Origin: Basidiobolus meristosporus CBS 931.73
Lineage: Eukaryota > Fungi > Basidiobolomycota
DNA length: 57,046 nt
Direction: 5' to 3'
NCBI GenBank assembly: GCA_002104905.1
Contig: MCFE01000569.1
Location: 1-57,046 of the forward strand
In this document: in pieces, positions 25,529 to 38,401 of the stretch
How positions within the stretch are numbered: the first letter of the stretch is position 1
How the letters are laid out: each line of letters begins with the position of its first letter
Translations under genes and position numbers: made by a program
The notes under the pieces: model-generated
Seen by the model: only the letters and a program-made list of their open reading frames with translations
Database searches by the model: none
What the model was told of the DNA's origin: nothing

Positions 25529-28087
25529 ATGTTCCTTTTGCCTGCTGTCTGTATCTCTCACACCCGATCTTTCATAGATGCTTTATACATAACTCCCAGA
25601 TCCGCGAAAAATATTCTAACTCAGATCGGATCAAGGCCGATCTCGGATGATGCTGTGTTTGCCATCAATGGTTTCTTGGATGAGTTGCTTTATTCCTTGA
25701 TTACTTATCTACCAGGAACTGGCACGGTGGGGATCTCCGATATGGATGCCGCGCTGGTCAAAGTCCTGCCAGACAACAGCTTGGCAGTGGAGATCATTCA
25801 ACAGGCTCGTAAAAGCAGAAAAATCCAAACTCCAGTCACGTATTCGTCTTCTCTTTGGAACAATCCTGCTTGCGTAGACTACTCCCGCAATACGTTGTCC
25901 ACCGAAAGAATTCGAACACGGTACGAGCAGCTGCGATCTTTCTGCCTACGATGCAGTTCTCTCGGTGCTCGAAGTAGTGTCAAATCAATCCGATTACTTC
26001 GCGGTACTATATCTTCGAGTAACTTCAGCCCGACCGTCACTTTCTACGTCACGGCCATGGTTGAGTACCTAGCCAAATATCTGTTGAACAGTGTCGGAGT
26101 GTTGGCGAAACAGCTTCTGAAGCCGTCTGTGGATCTTGAGGATGTTTTGCACGCATTCGGATTGAACGAGCAGATCAAGGAGGTTTTTTTAAAGATGGAT
26201 CTCAGGAAGAAGCTCGAGGTAAGGCTTACATCCTGGAGCTGCTCTTCACCATTTATTGAATCGATGGAACTCTACACACAGAAAAAACTGGGCTTCGACT
26301 GTAACAACAATAACCGACTTAGTCTCTTGGAAAGCCATGAACGACCGATTTCTCTAGGTAGGCCATATTCAAGAATGTCGACCGGCGCACTCTCTAACCC
26401 CCTTGTAGAGGAGTTTCCCCATGCATCCAATCCGTTCTCTTTGATTCGAAGTCGGATCGAAATAGCCGAGCAAAGGCCAACTGCCAAGGCAAAGTTCGCT
26501 GGAGCAAAACTGCTCACATCCATTCCTTCTTTTCTTAAGCGGGGGAAGAGAGAGGAACCTGGCCTCTGGCCACCGAATGTTGCCTTCAACCAGTCACGCC
26601 AGTCGCTTGCAGGCCTAAACACCCACTCACCCAAAGCAGAGTACTTTCGCTATATGCCTACTGTGGGGTCTGATGACGCTACTGTCGCAGACTCAGCCAT
26701 GTCGGTAAATGGCTCCGCCCTGGACGAAATGGACAGAAACAAAAAGGTATGCACTCAACATGCAGCTGCCCATAAATTACATCTGAAAGAATCGTGGATA
26801 TTCACGGGGAAATCTGGTTTTGTAGAACTTCGAATTCGAGGAGCTTCTAGAATCGGATGCTACTCAACGTGTTTCTTTAACCACGAAGCGGTTGAGGACA
26901 ATCGAGGTAGGCCGGATGCATTGCTAATTTGCGAACTGGGAGCTGATGATGTATAATTGTGCAGTCTCGCAAACGCTTAAACTCTCTGCGACCTCGAGAG
27001 TCCATTCACAAGGATATCTCTGCAGTGGAAGAACGGTCAGATGAAGGAGAATCAAGCACTATGAGTCAATCGAACTCGGTTGTCGAGCCCTACGCATCCA
27101 CACTAAGGCGTTCCCAAACATTGTACGAATTCCTTAAAACCTCTAATCCAGAAGCCTCCGTCAGATCCAATCCAGCGCCCAAGGTACGTATACCCAATAC
27201 TGACGGTCCATCATCAGGTTATTAACCCTCCTTAGGTCGAGCCATTTGGCAAACTGATTCCTCGGGACCCGGTCGTTTCCTTTAAAAGTATATTGATGAA
27301 TTGGGACACCTCGTCAGACGAAGATGAGCTCTCATCTGTAGAAGGAGCGGCCAGGTATACATTCAAAGTGGCGAGACGGAATCGACGGAACTCCGAGACA
27401 CTGCAGGATTTTCTAAAGAATACGGGGCCTGAGGACGTAGATACCAAAAACATCGGATTAAAGGTGAATCGAACCTTGTCCAGAGCCGGCACTCAACTGC
27501 AGAGAATTCATCATTCGATTCGCCGGTCAGCAACCACCCGTGGGAAAGTTCAAAATCACGAAACACCAAGAAACACGGAGCACACTCGTGGTGAAACCTC
27601 AACTCCACGCAAAGAGCGTAGACGTAGACGTGTCTTATCGGTACCTACCGTGTTTGATACCAGCAGAACCATCCCTCTTGAACAAAAGAGCCGCCAAATG
27701 GACGCATTACGGAAAAGGGAATCCATGCCCACCGGCACCTGGTCCGCGAACTTAAGTAGGTCATCGACCAGTATCCGCAGACCAACACGCCCGTTTTCGG
27801 CCAGCGAGGATAGGTACTCGCCTAGCATTCGCGCCAGGCGTCGTGACGTGAGTTCGCTCATTCTTAGCAGTACCTCAGAAATATCCACTCTTCCGCCTAG
27901 CACGCCAACCAATTTGAGTATGCTGAAGAGCAGCGGGGTTTCCGATTACCCCGACTTGTACTTTATTTCCGGCATGTCCAACACCTCAGCCTCGAAGAGA
28001 AACTCCATCGCAGCCACGCCGCCTGAAATGATGATTCCGTTTTGTCTCTGCGCCGAGTGTCTGAGCGGAATGATCCAGAATTTTTAA
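25529..28087 (+). CDS. Multi-exon hypothetical protein: N-terminal histone-fold-like helical region, Ser/Arg-rich disordered C-terminus; start uncertain
   Basis: Long ORFs 25376-26956, 26959-27225 and 27293-28087 with GT/AG sites; YITPRSAKNIL...FAINGFLDELLYSL; VTAMVEYLAKYLL; two TLxxFLKxxxPE motifs. Confidence 0.65.
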
Positions 28088-28731
28088 GATTCGATATATA
28101 TACATATATTATGATCGGTAACGTTTGCTTATCTTGTAACATTTTCTACGTTTTGACCAGGAGCTGCATTTGTTCAAAATCCCCCTTCCAGTTGATTACA
28201 TGGTTGCGCAGCAGTCCCTTTTGTACGTCCCATACGTTTTGTTACCCAATGGCCAGTTTTCGACAATTTTGTGGGTTTTCTGTGATATGGGACACTCCCC
28301 CGCGTGAGCGTTCGTAGCCTGTAGAAATTCGGTTCGGTCCACCGACATTTGTTCTTGATTTTGGTATATCCCTTCGCTTGAGCACCCGGGTCCAGCTATG
28401 ACATGGCGAAATCAACACTAACTCTTATCCCAGCCACCGTTCACGCAAACTTCCTTTAATCCCCTCCTACTTGTTTTGGCTCAGTATCATGCATGGCAAT
28501 AAACTTGCAACAAGCCCCCTGTCCTTTAACAGCTGCGTGTGCTCGTCGACCCGGTGCTTATACAACTACGGCAAGTGCATCATGGCGAGCTGGTTACTTT
28601 CAAGGAATTTATGGCTGGTTTAAATAATAGCAACAGCGTATCTTAGCAAACTGATGGAATAAAACATGGGCTAGGCTACAGTTCCATTGGTCAGCATGGC
28701 AGCTGGCCTCAACAGCGTTCCTTCGACATTT

Positions 28732-30194
28732 TCAAGAATCGGCACAGGGGGAAACAAATAAAAATTGAAAGGGGAGTATAGCGCGCAGAGCTTGGCTATT
28801 CCTGCATGGTGGCCTGCAGAGAGGGAGAGGGGGGTAAGTGAGTGAATCGCGTGACGCTTGGTGACTGCCACTTACTCCACTGTCAACCTGCATGTAGGTG
28901 TCTAATTCCGCGTCCAAGTCGTCTCTATTAGCAGGCTCGCGCTTGTTGTCGGCCTGGGATTTGCTGTTGTTCCCGCGTCTACCGTCTCTTCTTGGGCCAC
29001 CTCGGGAACGGTTGTTGCCAGATCTGTTGGCGCTACTATGATGTTGATGATAAGGTTCCCAGGGTTAGAGTAGAGTCAGTGTTCGTTAGATGATTGGGAA
29101 ATAAAGATGGATGCCACTTCTGACATGTGCCGTTGTCTGATCCTTGATTGCCCCGGTCTTCGCAGGAAGGATAATCCCAAAACAACCCATCGACTGGGCG
29201 CACCAATACCTCGCCTTTCTCAAACCTCCCTTCCCACGCTCGGTATTGCTGAGTTTCATTTACAAAAAACCAGTGCATATCCCTTCGATGGGGCAGCGTG
29301 TTGAGAGCGGAGAGACTGGTGCGGAAGAATCGCTTACTACCATCTGACCTCCGGTCTTTCATGCAATGGCCGAGACAAGTTTCGAAGAGGCAACGTTCAC
29401 GTGGGACAGACCAGCACCGTGGCCAAAAAAATGGATGGGTAGAAAATGAACATACTTTCTGGATGCACCACCAAGTCGGCTCAGAACAGAGGGTTGCGAG
29501 GTGGACGAGCCTCGGCCAAGAGGTGCGTACGCGATGACCATAGGCTTTCCTGTTGGTGTGAATAAAATTCCATGAACACGGAGCGGCTGAAGATGGAGAT
29601 GGACTTCTCTTACCATCGAGGGTGACATTGTTGTACCGCTCGATTGCTTCGGCAGCATGGGCTGGGGTCTCGAACTGCACCTTCGCGATGCCGGTAGATC
29701 TTCCGGCTGCGTCGAATACAATGTTCACCCTTTTCAGGGGGCCTACGGTCGAGAATAAATCCTGAAAGCCGGGGGAACACTTTAGTCGAACCGCCAGGCT
29801 GACTAGGGGAGAGAAACAAACCTCGAGATCTTGCACGGTTACTTCGTAGTGAAGGTTGGCAACCTGGATTTTTCTGTACGTGGAGGTGTCGCCTCCAGCG
29901 GCAGTCTGGCTGTTGCCATCAAACAAGTCGTGTGTCCACTGATCACCATCACTGCCGTTACGGCGAGGTCTCTACGAGGATAGGGCTAGATTAACGAAGT
30001 GCACGGTGGAACAATACAAGATGAACCAATACCTGGCGGGAGTACGGTGTGGAGCGGTTTCTGTTGCTGTTTCTACCACGATCCCCTCTCTTAGTTGATC
30101 TGTGGTTGGAATCTCCACCTCGGAGTTTCTTGTCGCTCTTGATCATGTCCTCGAGAGACATGTCAAGGATGTTGCTGTTATCGGGGGCATCCAT
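28732..30194 (-). CDS. YRA1: mRNA export adaptor Yra1/ALYREF (THO complex subunit 4); 3' end uncertain
   Basis: N-box LDMSLEDMIK; WTHDLF; RRM (IQVANLHYEV...GRSTGIAKVQF); C-box DLDAELDTYM; several GT-AG introns. Confidence 0.93.
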
Positions 30195-30549
30195 TTGAAG
30201 GAGTAGGCTGGCGGTGGAATAGAAGTGATAGTGGGAAAGAAAAAGCTCGGAAGCGCGTCAGTCTCATGTACGGTTGCAAAATGAATCAACTCGTCTCCCA
30301 CCCATCATTATACTATTTGATTTGCTGTCGAATTCACGTCCATCCCACCAAAATCGTACAGTATGGTTTAATGGGACCACAATCCCAATCAGATCTGGTT
30401 TAGTTGATTCTTGAATCTTCGCTCACCTTGGTGCATGAGGGGCAAATTTTTTTGATCATTTGGGGTGGCGTACAATGGATTATTCCCAAGGGAGCTGCTG
30501 AAAATCTGCTGGTTTCTTCACGACCACAACTAGCACTGCTTCGTCTCCC

Positions 30550-31664
30550 ATGTTGCGCATTACCCGGCGATGGGACATTCTGACCAACACACAGTTGGCG
30601 ACTCGTTTGTTTTCCACCCTGGTCCTCCTCAACAAGAAGGACTTCTATATCACCATGGATGAGTTCCTTGCCTTCAGAAACAGTGCTCAGCAAAATCAGG
30701 GCATTCCCGAGACCGCAAGCACCTCAGTCAAGAGAAACTGGAGCGGAGCGACTGAGGGAAAAGCCAACTATATCAATGACTTGCTTACCCAAGGGAAATC
30801 GGACGTGGCGGTATATATGACTCCCGCCGCCCCCACTACCAAGAACAGTAAGAACGTGGAGTCGGTTGGGCTACGACAGAAGCTTTCGAAAGCATTGAAA
30901 CCGGAAGAGAATTCCACTCTCGAAAAACTACTGAGTAGTGACGACCTGGAGGAAGGTGGGGATTTTTGGTTACGTATAAGCCGTTGATACTTGACTCAAA
31001 TAATTATAATTCAAGCCAACGACCCTGCGCAGCAGAAGATAGTTGTCTATACTGACGGTAGTAGCCGCGGAAACGGGCAAGCCAACCCAAGAGCTGGAGT
31101 AGGTGTTTACTGGGGGGACAACGATCCTAGGTAAGTTCCCATTTTGGCTACATATGGGTGATTGCTGATTTCTCACCTGGAGTGCAGGAATGTGAGCGAA
31201 CGTCTTGAAGGTAGACAAACAAATCAGCGAGCAGAGATCACCGCTGCCTTGCGTGCTATTCAAACGAGCGGCGACGACAAGTCGGTGCTAGAGATTCGTA
31301 CCGATAGTAACTATGTGATTCAATGTGAGTGGCATTCTTGCAGTGGGTTAGTGATGGATGAGTGCTGACCTTCTTTTCTTAGCTATGACTCAATGGGTGT
31401 ACGGATGGCTGAAAAAAGGGTGGAAAGGGGTGACGAACAAGGACCTGCTCCAGGAGCTGCACACCGCCATTCAGAAACGTGAAGGAAAGATCATTTGGGT
31501 AAGGCTTTCGGTGTCTCCGCATCCTACACCAACCTGCTAACACAACGTCTCCACAGACGCATATTCGTGGACACACAGGAGTCTATGGCAATGAGATGGC
31601 GGACAAGTTGGCGAATCTTGGCACGGAAAAACCATTGCTAGGGCCCAGTGCCAAACGCTCATAG
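30550..31664 (+). CDS. RNH1: Ribonuclease H1 with a probable mitochondrial presequence (5 exons)
   Basis: VYTDGSSRGNG, AGVGVYWG, QTNQRAEITA, IRTDSNYV, NKDL and HIRGHTGVYGNEMADKLA after splicing. Confidence 0.95.
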
Positions 31665-32653
31665 ATGCATCACCTATTCATTCCAGAATCCCATGTAAAC
31701 TTATACATTTAGCTAGCATTTAGTATATAATATAGTGAAACTGTTCAAGACCGGTATTAAAACTAAGATATTTCGATGTTGACATGGCTATCCCATTGAT
31801 GGGTCGAGTTACGAAACTGCCCGTATCGTCACTAGCATTCCCAACCATAACCGCATTGTTGTAGCATCCCCATGAAACCCTCACGACGAGCGGTTCGTAC
31901 GATGCTCATGCTGGTTCTGGGATGTAGACCAGGTTTGGATGCGATTCCAGGGGCGCCACTGGTCGGGAAGAATCTTTGCTTCTCAGCTTCGCGAATAGCT
32001 ACCGCAAGACCATGTTGGCACTTTGGCTGTGCTCGAGTGCGTTGGTTGGCGGGACGTAGCCTGATGAAGTACAATCCTGGGCAGGCCCATCGTCATCCTC
32101 ATCGACCTTGCGCTCCTGTCTCACTGTCTAGAGGCTAAGCAACTGTGTCATCGAGTCGCCGCCGACCTGGCATCAGGCTAGGTATTGTCTGGTCGATGTA
32201 TCGGTTGAGCCCAAAATCAGGCGAATCTGAAGTGTTTTGTCCCAGATCTTGCAATTGCCCATTCCAAGTCACTGCATCGTGTAACAACTCATCGAGTCTA
32301 ATGGCCCAAAGCAGTAATTGAAGATATACACAAATGAAACATTCCAAACAGCATGTCAAATATAGATAACATGACTACGGGCAGTTGTGAAGAAAGGGTC
32401 CCAGATCGCGTAAGCAACAGCACCTCAATGCATCTTGGTTTCATGCCGCCAGTATTTACAATACCCGTCGGTATCGATCTCGTGGCAATATCGGTCAAAA
32501 GGCCGATTCGTAGCACCGATTCATTTATCAACGCTGGCTGGCCCCGTCTCCACGTACAATTGCGCTGTTCTCCCCGAAGTTTCCCAGCAATATTGGCATT
32601 CTGGCTGACCAACCTCCTCATTTTTGATCGTTGAAGCCTTGTAACCGCAAACC

Positions 32654-34895
32654 ATGGTTTCTCTTGAACCGTCGCCGCAACTATCGAGTATCTCTCAAAA
32701 GCTGGCATCTATCAATGAACACACTTGGCTGCAGCTTGGTAAGGTCCATTTTCCACAACATGCTACTCACTGCCAGCTCTGAAACAACAATGAATAGGTA
32801 CTTTGGCGGAGTTGATGCTGGATCACAACCGAGCGATAAGTGCTTACGAAGCGTCGCTAAGACACAACCCTCGCTCCGTATCTGCCCTAGAGCACATAGC
32901 CTCTCTGTACGGGGTGTGTGAACAGTTTCCGAAGGTAAGCAGGTGTTTCTTTGAACAGCGCACGATATCCTAGTAATGGCTCCCAGGCTGTGCCGTATTT
33001 ACAGCAAATTCTCAACATCGAGCCCAATCGCGGAGATATATGGGGCTCGTTAGGACATTGCTTTCTCATGATGGATGATCTGCAAAAGGCACACATTGCA
33101 TATCAGCAAGCTTTGAATCATCTTCCTCATCCGAGGGTAAATAGGACTGCACTATGGAAGATTACCATGCCCGAGTTAATCCCGTCTGGTCCCTGTAGGC
33201 ACCGAAGCTGTGGTATGGCATAGGTATACTTTACAATCGGTGTCACTCGCTAGAGCATGCCCAAGAAGCCTTCTCAACCGTTCTTCGTATGGATCCGATG
33301 TTTGAGAAGGCTCAGGAAATCCATTTCCGGCTTGGAATGATATACAAGGAGCAGAAAAAGTTCGAGAAAAGTCTCCAGGTTAGGCTATTCCCAGGTCTTG
33401 AATTGCTGCAGAACTTCCATTAAATTGATTCTAGTGCTTTCAACATATACTACACTCGCCGCCTCCGCCCTTCACTTCGGTCGACATATGGCTCGAGATA
33501 GGTCATGTATACGAGCAACAACAGGAGGTATCAGGCATCGCCACCTACTTCATACTGCGGGTTTCTGACGATATCCTTTAGTTTCAATTGGCAATAGATG
33601 TGTATAGCCGCATTCTTTCCCTAAATCGCAACCACGCCAAGACGCTGCAGCAGCTCGGCAAACTTTTTCATCAGCAAGACACTCCTTTCACCAACCAAAA
33701 TGCCGCCATCTCTTATTTAACCAGATCTCTTACGGCTGACCGCGCCGATGCTCAAACTTGGCACCTTCTAGGGCGATGCTACATGACCAAGCGGAATCAC
33801 AACCAAGCACATGAGGCCTACAAGCAAGCAGTCAGCCTTGATGAACAGAGTCCTGCATTGTGGTGTTCAATCGGTGTGCTTTATTACCAAAACCAACAAT
33901 ACAGCGATGCCCTGGATGCTTACAGTCGTGCCATCCGTATCAATCCGTACATGAGCAGGGTTTGGTACAACTTGGGTGCTCTCTACGAGTCGGACAATTT
34001 TCAAGTAAAGAAGGCACTGGAGGCCTATCAACGGGCCGCAGAGCTTGACTCTAACGACACACACACCAAGAAACGAATACAATTGCTTATGAATACACTT
34101 GGGATTAGGTCACAACTAAATGCCCCAGTGCCTCAGGGCATTGATTCATCGACACGTCGCGTCAATGGAAGTTGTTTATTTCCTTCGAGATACAGTTTGT
34201 CACACAGATCGCACAAACACCCATGCCGGGTATCCGGAAGTATGTGCTCAAGAAGCCTTCCGATTGTATCTCGCAACTCCACCGATTCATATGGTAATGA
34301 ATACCTCACCCCCCACTTACCTGGTAACCCGGCTGCTAGACAGGCTCGAGAGAGTGTGGATTGTAATCCGAAGACCTGGGGTTCGTACACTCCGAATGCT
34401 AGTACAAGGCCATATCTTTTACGCAAGAGAATACCCAACATCTCTATGTCATGTGATGACGCTTCTCGTCAAAGTAGAAGACCCGAAGGGCCACCGGCAC
34501 AAGAAACGCACTCCACAAATAGCCACCAGTCTGGTGGCAACACCTACACTAGTGGTGCAAACAAATACTTATGCATCGCCACCAGCCTGGACATTTATAA
34601 CAACAGAGACAGCCCATTACTCTTTTGTAACAGTGACAGCAGTAACAGAAGAGCTCAACCTGAACCTAGCCTTCAACCTTACGTGTCCAGTTGTAGAAAC
34701 ACTCATAGCGTTGAGTCAAATCCATCAAGGGGATCAAGGCCAAGTCAAAATGGTAGCCCACCTTATGATATCCCGGACAAGAGTGGAGTTATCGAGTATC
34801 AGTTAGATGCTGAAATGGAACACACACGAACAGATAGCAATACAAAAGAATACGGAGTCGAAAGCGGTTTGGGGAAAGAAGTCACTCACACTTAG
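32654..34895 (+). CDS. Cyc8/Ssn6-like TPR transcriptional corepressor (divergent)
   Basis: Exons give NEHTWLQLG, WGSLGHCFLMMDDLQKAHIAYQQAL, KLWYGIGILY, EIHFRLGMIYK and LWCSIGVLYYQNQQYSDALDAYSRAIRINPY. Confidence 0.88.
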
Positions 34896-35702
34896 GTGCG
34901 AAAGAGAACCCGCACTGGGTTGATTGGGAGAGGCTGTATAGTGCCATAATTACGCGAGAGAGTTCTCCAAACATAACACATTAGGTCGAGCTGGAACTCT
35001 GGCAAGAACTGTGTGTGTAAAATCCTAATTTCCCTAAGCTCCCCTTTTCAACCAGCACAGATCGTAAAGTCAAATACCTTTATTTACCTATCTATCTTAT
35101 TGCGTTGTTTCTGGCGATTTTTCTTGCTACGTTATTGGTTCTTTCGTTAAAGACACATGTTTCACTGCTTCGGATGATAACCACAGTACATTTCCTAGAT
35201 ATCTTGTACAAAATCAGTTAAGCATCAGGCGTTCGCTCCTCTAATAAATCCCAGCTGTTTACCACATGAATTGCTCGCACGCCAGTATGTTGGCCTAGTG
35301 CTTATGTTTCACTGCAGTATCAGTAGCAACAGTGCCACTTACAATGCATGCTTGCTCCGTTCTGGCCCCAACCGATATTCTTGCGAGTAGTGCTCCATCA
35401 TTTCCCGTGGTCATGCATCAGACAAAGTTCTACTGAAATTGCATCGCTGCTTTACTTATATTGGTAATTAATTGATGGAAGAGAATCACATCAATATCAA
35501 AAAGCCTCTTGGGTGGTTGATTTACACTGTTACAATACAAAACGGTATTTCTAAAAATGCGAGAGAGGACTCTTGAGATCTCTATACTACATGAGAAAAG
35601 TAACACGCTTCAAGGGGGACCCGAAATAAGGCCGAGCAACTAAGAAGGTTTGCTGAGAGCCAGAAAGAGGAGTAATAGTGTACTGTGTGACGTGGAACCA
35701 TC

Positions 35703-36496
35703 TCATTCATGGTCGCGATCATCGCGACTTCTGCGTGAGCTTCGACGATCGCGATTTCTACGTTCACGAGATGGGCTACGGCTTCTACTCTGATACTTTT
35801 GGCTTTGGCCAGTCTCCTTCAGAGTGGCGCGCTGTGCGGCATAAAGCTCCTTACGTAGTTTGCGGGTTACTACTTTCAGATGCATGAAGTTACAGAAACC
35901 ACCGCGGGTACATTCAGAATTCTCATACTGACGGCAACATGCCTCTCGAAAGTCGGTCACTGGAGAGAGCTCGGCGTATAGAGGGCGACCTATAACAGAT
36001 CGGTCAATACATAAGGGGCACCACTTGCTTGTTGTGAAAGGCTGTACTTACCAGCATAGAATCTTTGGTTGAGAGACTCCACAGCTTTACCGGCATCTTC
36101 CTCATAACGGTAGCGAGCATAGACGTTGCCTACCAAGTGATCGCCCACGTTGTCACAGATGTTCATCTCCTCTATTTCGCCATACTTCGCCAATTCCATA
36201 AAGATGTCCTCGTAAAACATGTCAAAGTGCTCCTGAAGTTGCTCTGGGGTCAAGGTACACGAAGGATCGTGCGCCGGGTTCTGATAGACATTGCTAAGTA
36301 AAATCGTTTGAGAAAATGTGGGTTTAACATGCTTGCGAGAACAACGATCGCCGTGTCGGCACGCACCGATTTTGAAGTAAAAGGAGCAATTGACTCTGTA
36401 GAAAGAAGAGATTAATAACGCTGCTCGCATCCTACGTGCAGAGAGAACTTACTTGTCTTTTTCGGTACCGTAGATCGAAGCGAGATAATCAGCCAT
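35703..36496 (-). CDS. U2AF1: Splicing factor U2AF small subunit (U2AF35), 3 exons
   Basis: [37 protein letters not shown]; [15 protein letters not shown]; [11 protein letters not shown]; RS tail. Confidence 0.98.
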
Positions 36497-37353
36497 GGTG
36501 CAAACACTTTAGTACGACGATTGGTGTTGCTGGAACGGTCCAGTAGTAAGAAAAATATATGGAACGAACCATCGTACGAGAGTGGGCCCCTTTATGTATC
36601 AGACCATCGATGATGATTCTAGAAATTTTGGATTGCCGTAGAAATTTGCTCATCAACCAGAGTATAAAAAGCAATTTGACCAGCAGAGCAATCGGGCACC
36701 CATCCGGTCATTTGACCCACCACTCGAATCGAAATTCCATCCACGGCAGATGGCACAGGTAAGGCACCAAATTAAACAGACCATTCACCCCGCTGCTTAG
36801 TTGATGTCTCGAGATATGCTACAGAATGAAAAATTCCCCGAACACTCCACGATTTCCAACAGGCTAGTTAAATGCGGCAAGTCCATTTATGGAATTCATT
36901 CTGGTTTGTTCGCTATAACAAACAATCAGTTTGTATTCGATCGCTTGCAACGGCTGCCACGAAGCCCTGCTGCGTTGTGAGCCGCATGCACGGAGGGTGC
37001 CAGCATGAATATGGAAACATGCTGCGCATTGCTAGATATATTCAATGGATCATCAGACCTCGGCAGACAGGTTGATGCGCAGCATGGTCCGTGTCGCGAG
37101 CTGGCGAGCACCGTGGGGTATTCGAATCCACTTCGGTCATCATATTGCACACGCCCCAATATATACGCGAAGACGAGGCGTTTTTATGCACGCTGGGTTG
37201 AAGGTTACGACTATTTAATAGAAGAGTTAAGATTACAAGGAGTCTGGGTAGTGATGGGGCGTAAGCTACGATGCATACATCTAGAGGTAAGTACAATTCC
37301 CACTGCGGTTGAAATCAGCCTACGTTGGAAAAAGAGGTATGTGGTCGACTATA

Positions 37354-38401
37354 TCAATTGCTTTTGGTTGCAAGTGGTGAGGATACAAAGGGGTTAGGCT
37401 GGGGCTGTGGTGGGGTTTGGGCTGCGTTGATTTGGGGCGAGCTGGCTGGAGTGTTGCGACGAATCAGCAGGCCCTTCAACGCCTTTAGGTCATCGTGCAA
37501 GCCGGCTACCATGGCGTATTGTGCGGATTTCTGGCTTTCCAACATCTAAGATTTCTGGGTTTAGAATCTAGCAGCAAGGCTCCTGGCAATCACCCTCGAG
37601 CTTACCTGTGGGATGGAGTGCTGAAGCTCATCAAGCTGCCTACTTAGGGATTTGAACTCTTGGTCTCGCACAGATTCTTGTAGCTGGAGTGTTTTGACTG
37701 AAGCACTAAGGGCCTCAACGTATTCTTTCAATGTGGTGGTTTGTGAGGCCACGTCCGCGAGCTGCTCAGCGGAAGTGTTTTTCGTAGCTGGGTTGAGGGG
37801 AGTTCTATTGAGTTGAAGGCCAGCAGGCTCTTTGGGGTTTAAGGCCGTCCCCTCCCCCTTGATTCCGCTAGACTTGCTATTTTCATCTGTTCTGCCACTA
37901 AAGCTCTGAGCCGAAGATTAACGCTTGAACAACATCCGTGGAGCAAATATGCTAGAAAGGGTTTACCTTGACAAGCTCGTACATACCATACACACTTCCC
38001 AAAGCACCAACCGTCATGGTCAAATAGCTCTTCCAGTGTTTCCTTTCTGGCTTGTGGAAGGGGATTACGTTTCTCCAGGCCTCAAGCCGACTTTTTTCCT
38101 TAGCCTCAACTTCTGGCTGTTGGGCTTCGTTCTCCGCGGATAGGAATTGGGCAGAATCCCAGGCCTCGCTCTCCGGAGTTTCGGTTTCGCTCGAAACGTT
38201 CGAGGCAACACTCCTGTGGTTAACAGGAGTTGCCACAGGCGGCCCTTGGATTTCGGCGTGTCTGAGAGCCTCCTCAATCTCCAGTTTAGACAGCCCCTTG
38301 CTATTTAAAAACTCCAGCTTTTGGTGCAAGCTTTTGTTTTGCACCTGGGGGAGTTGGAGAAATTTGGTGGCACTTTCCACTAGCTGTTTGCGCTCGGACA
38401 T
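37354..38401 (-). CDS. PEX14: Peroxisomal docking protein Pex14
   Basis: RKQLVESATKFL...KLEFLNSKGLSKLEIEEAL N-domain; TM segment WKSYLTMTVGALG; coiled coil LHDDLKALKGLL. Confidence 0.9.

Noticed and set aside
29036-29926. 296-aa minus-strand ORF as a separate gene, or a snoRNA in the long YRA1 intron
   Set aside because: The ORF is read-through of YRA1 exons and introns; no clear C/D box pair was found on the sense strand.
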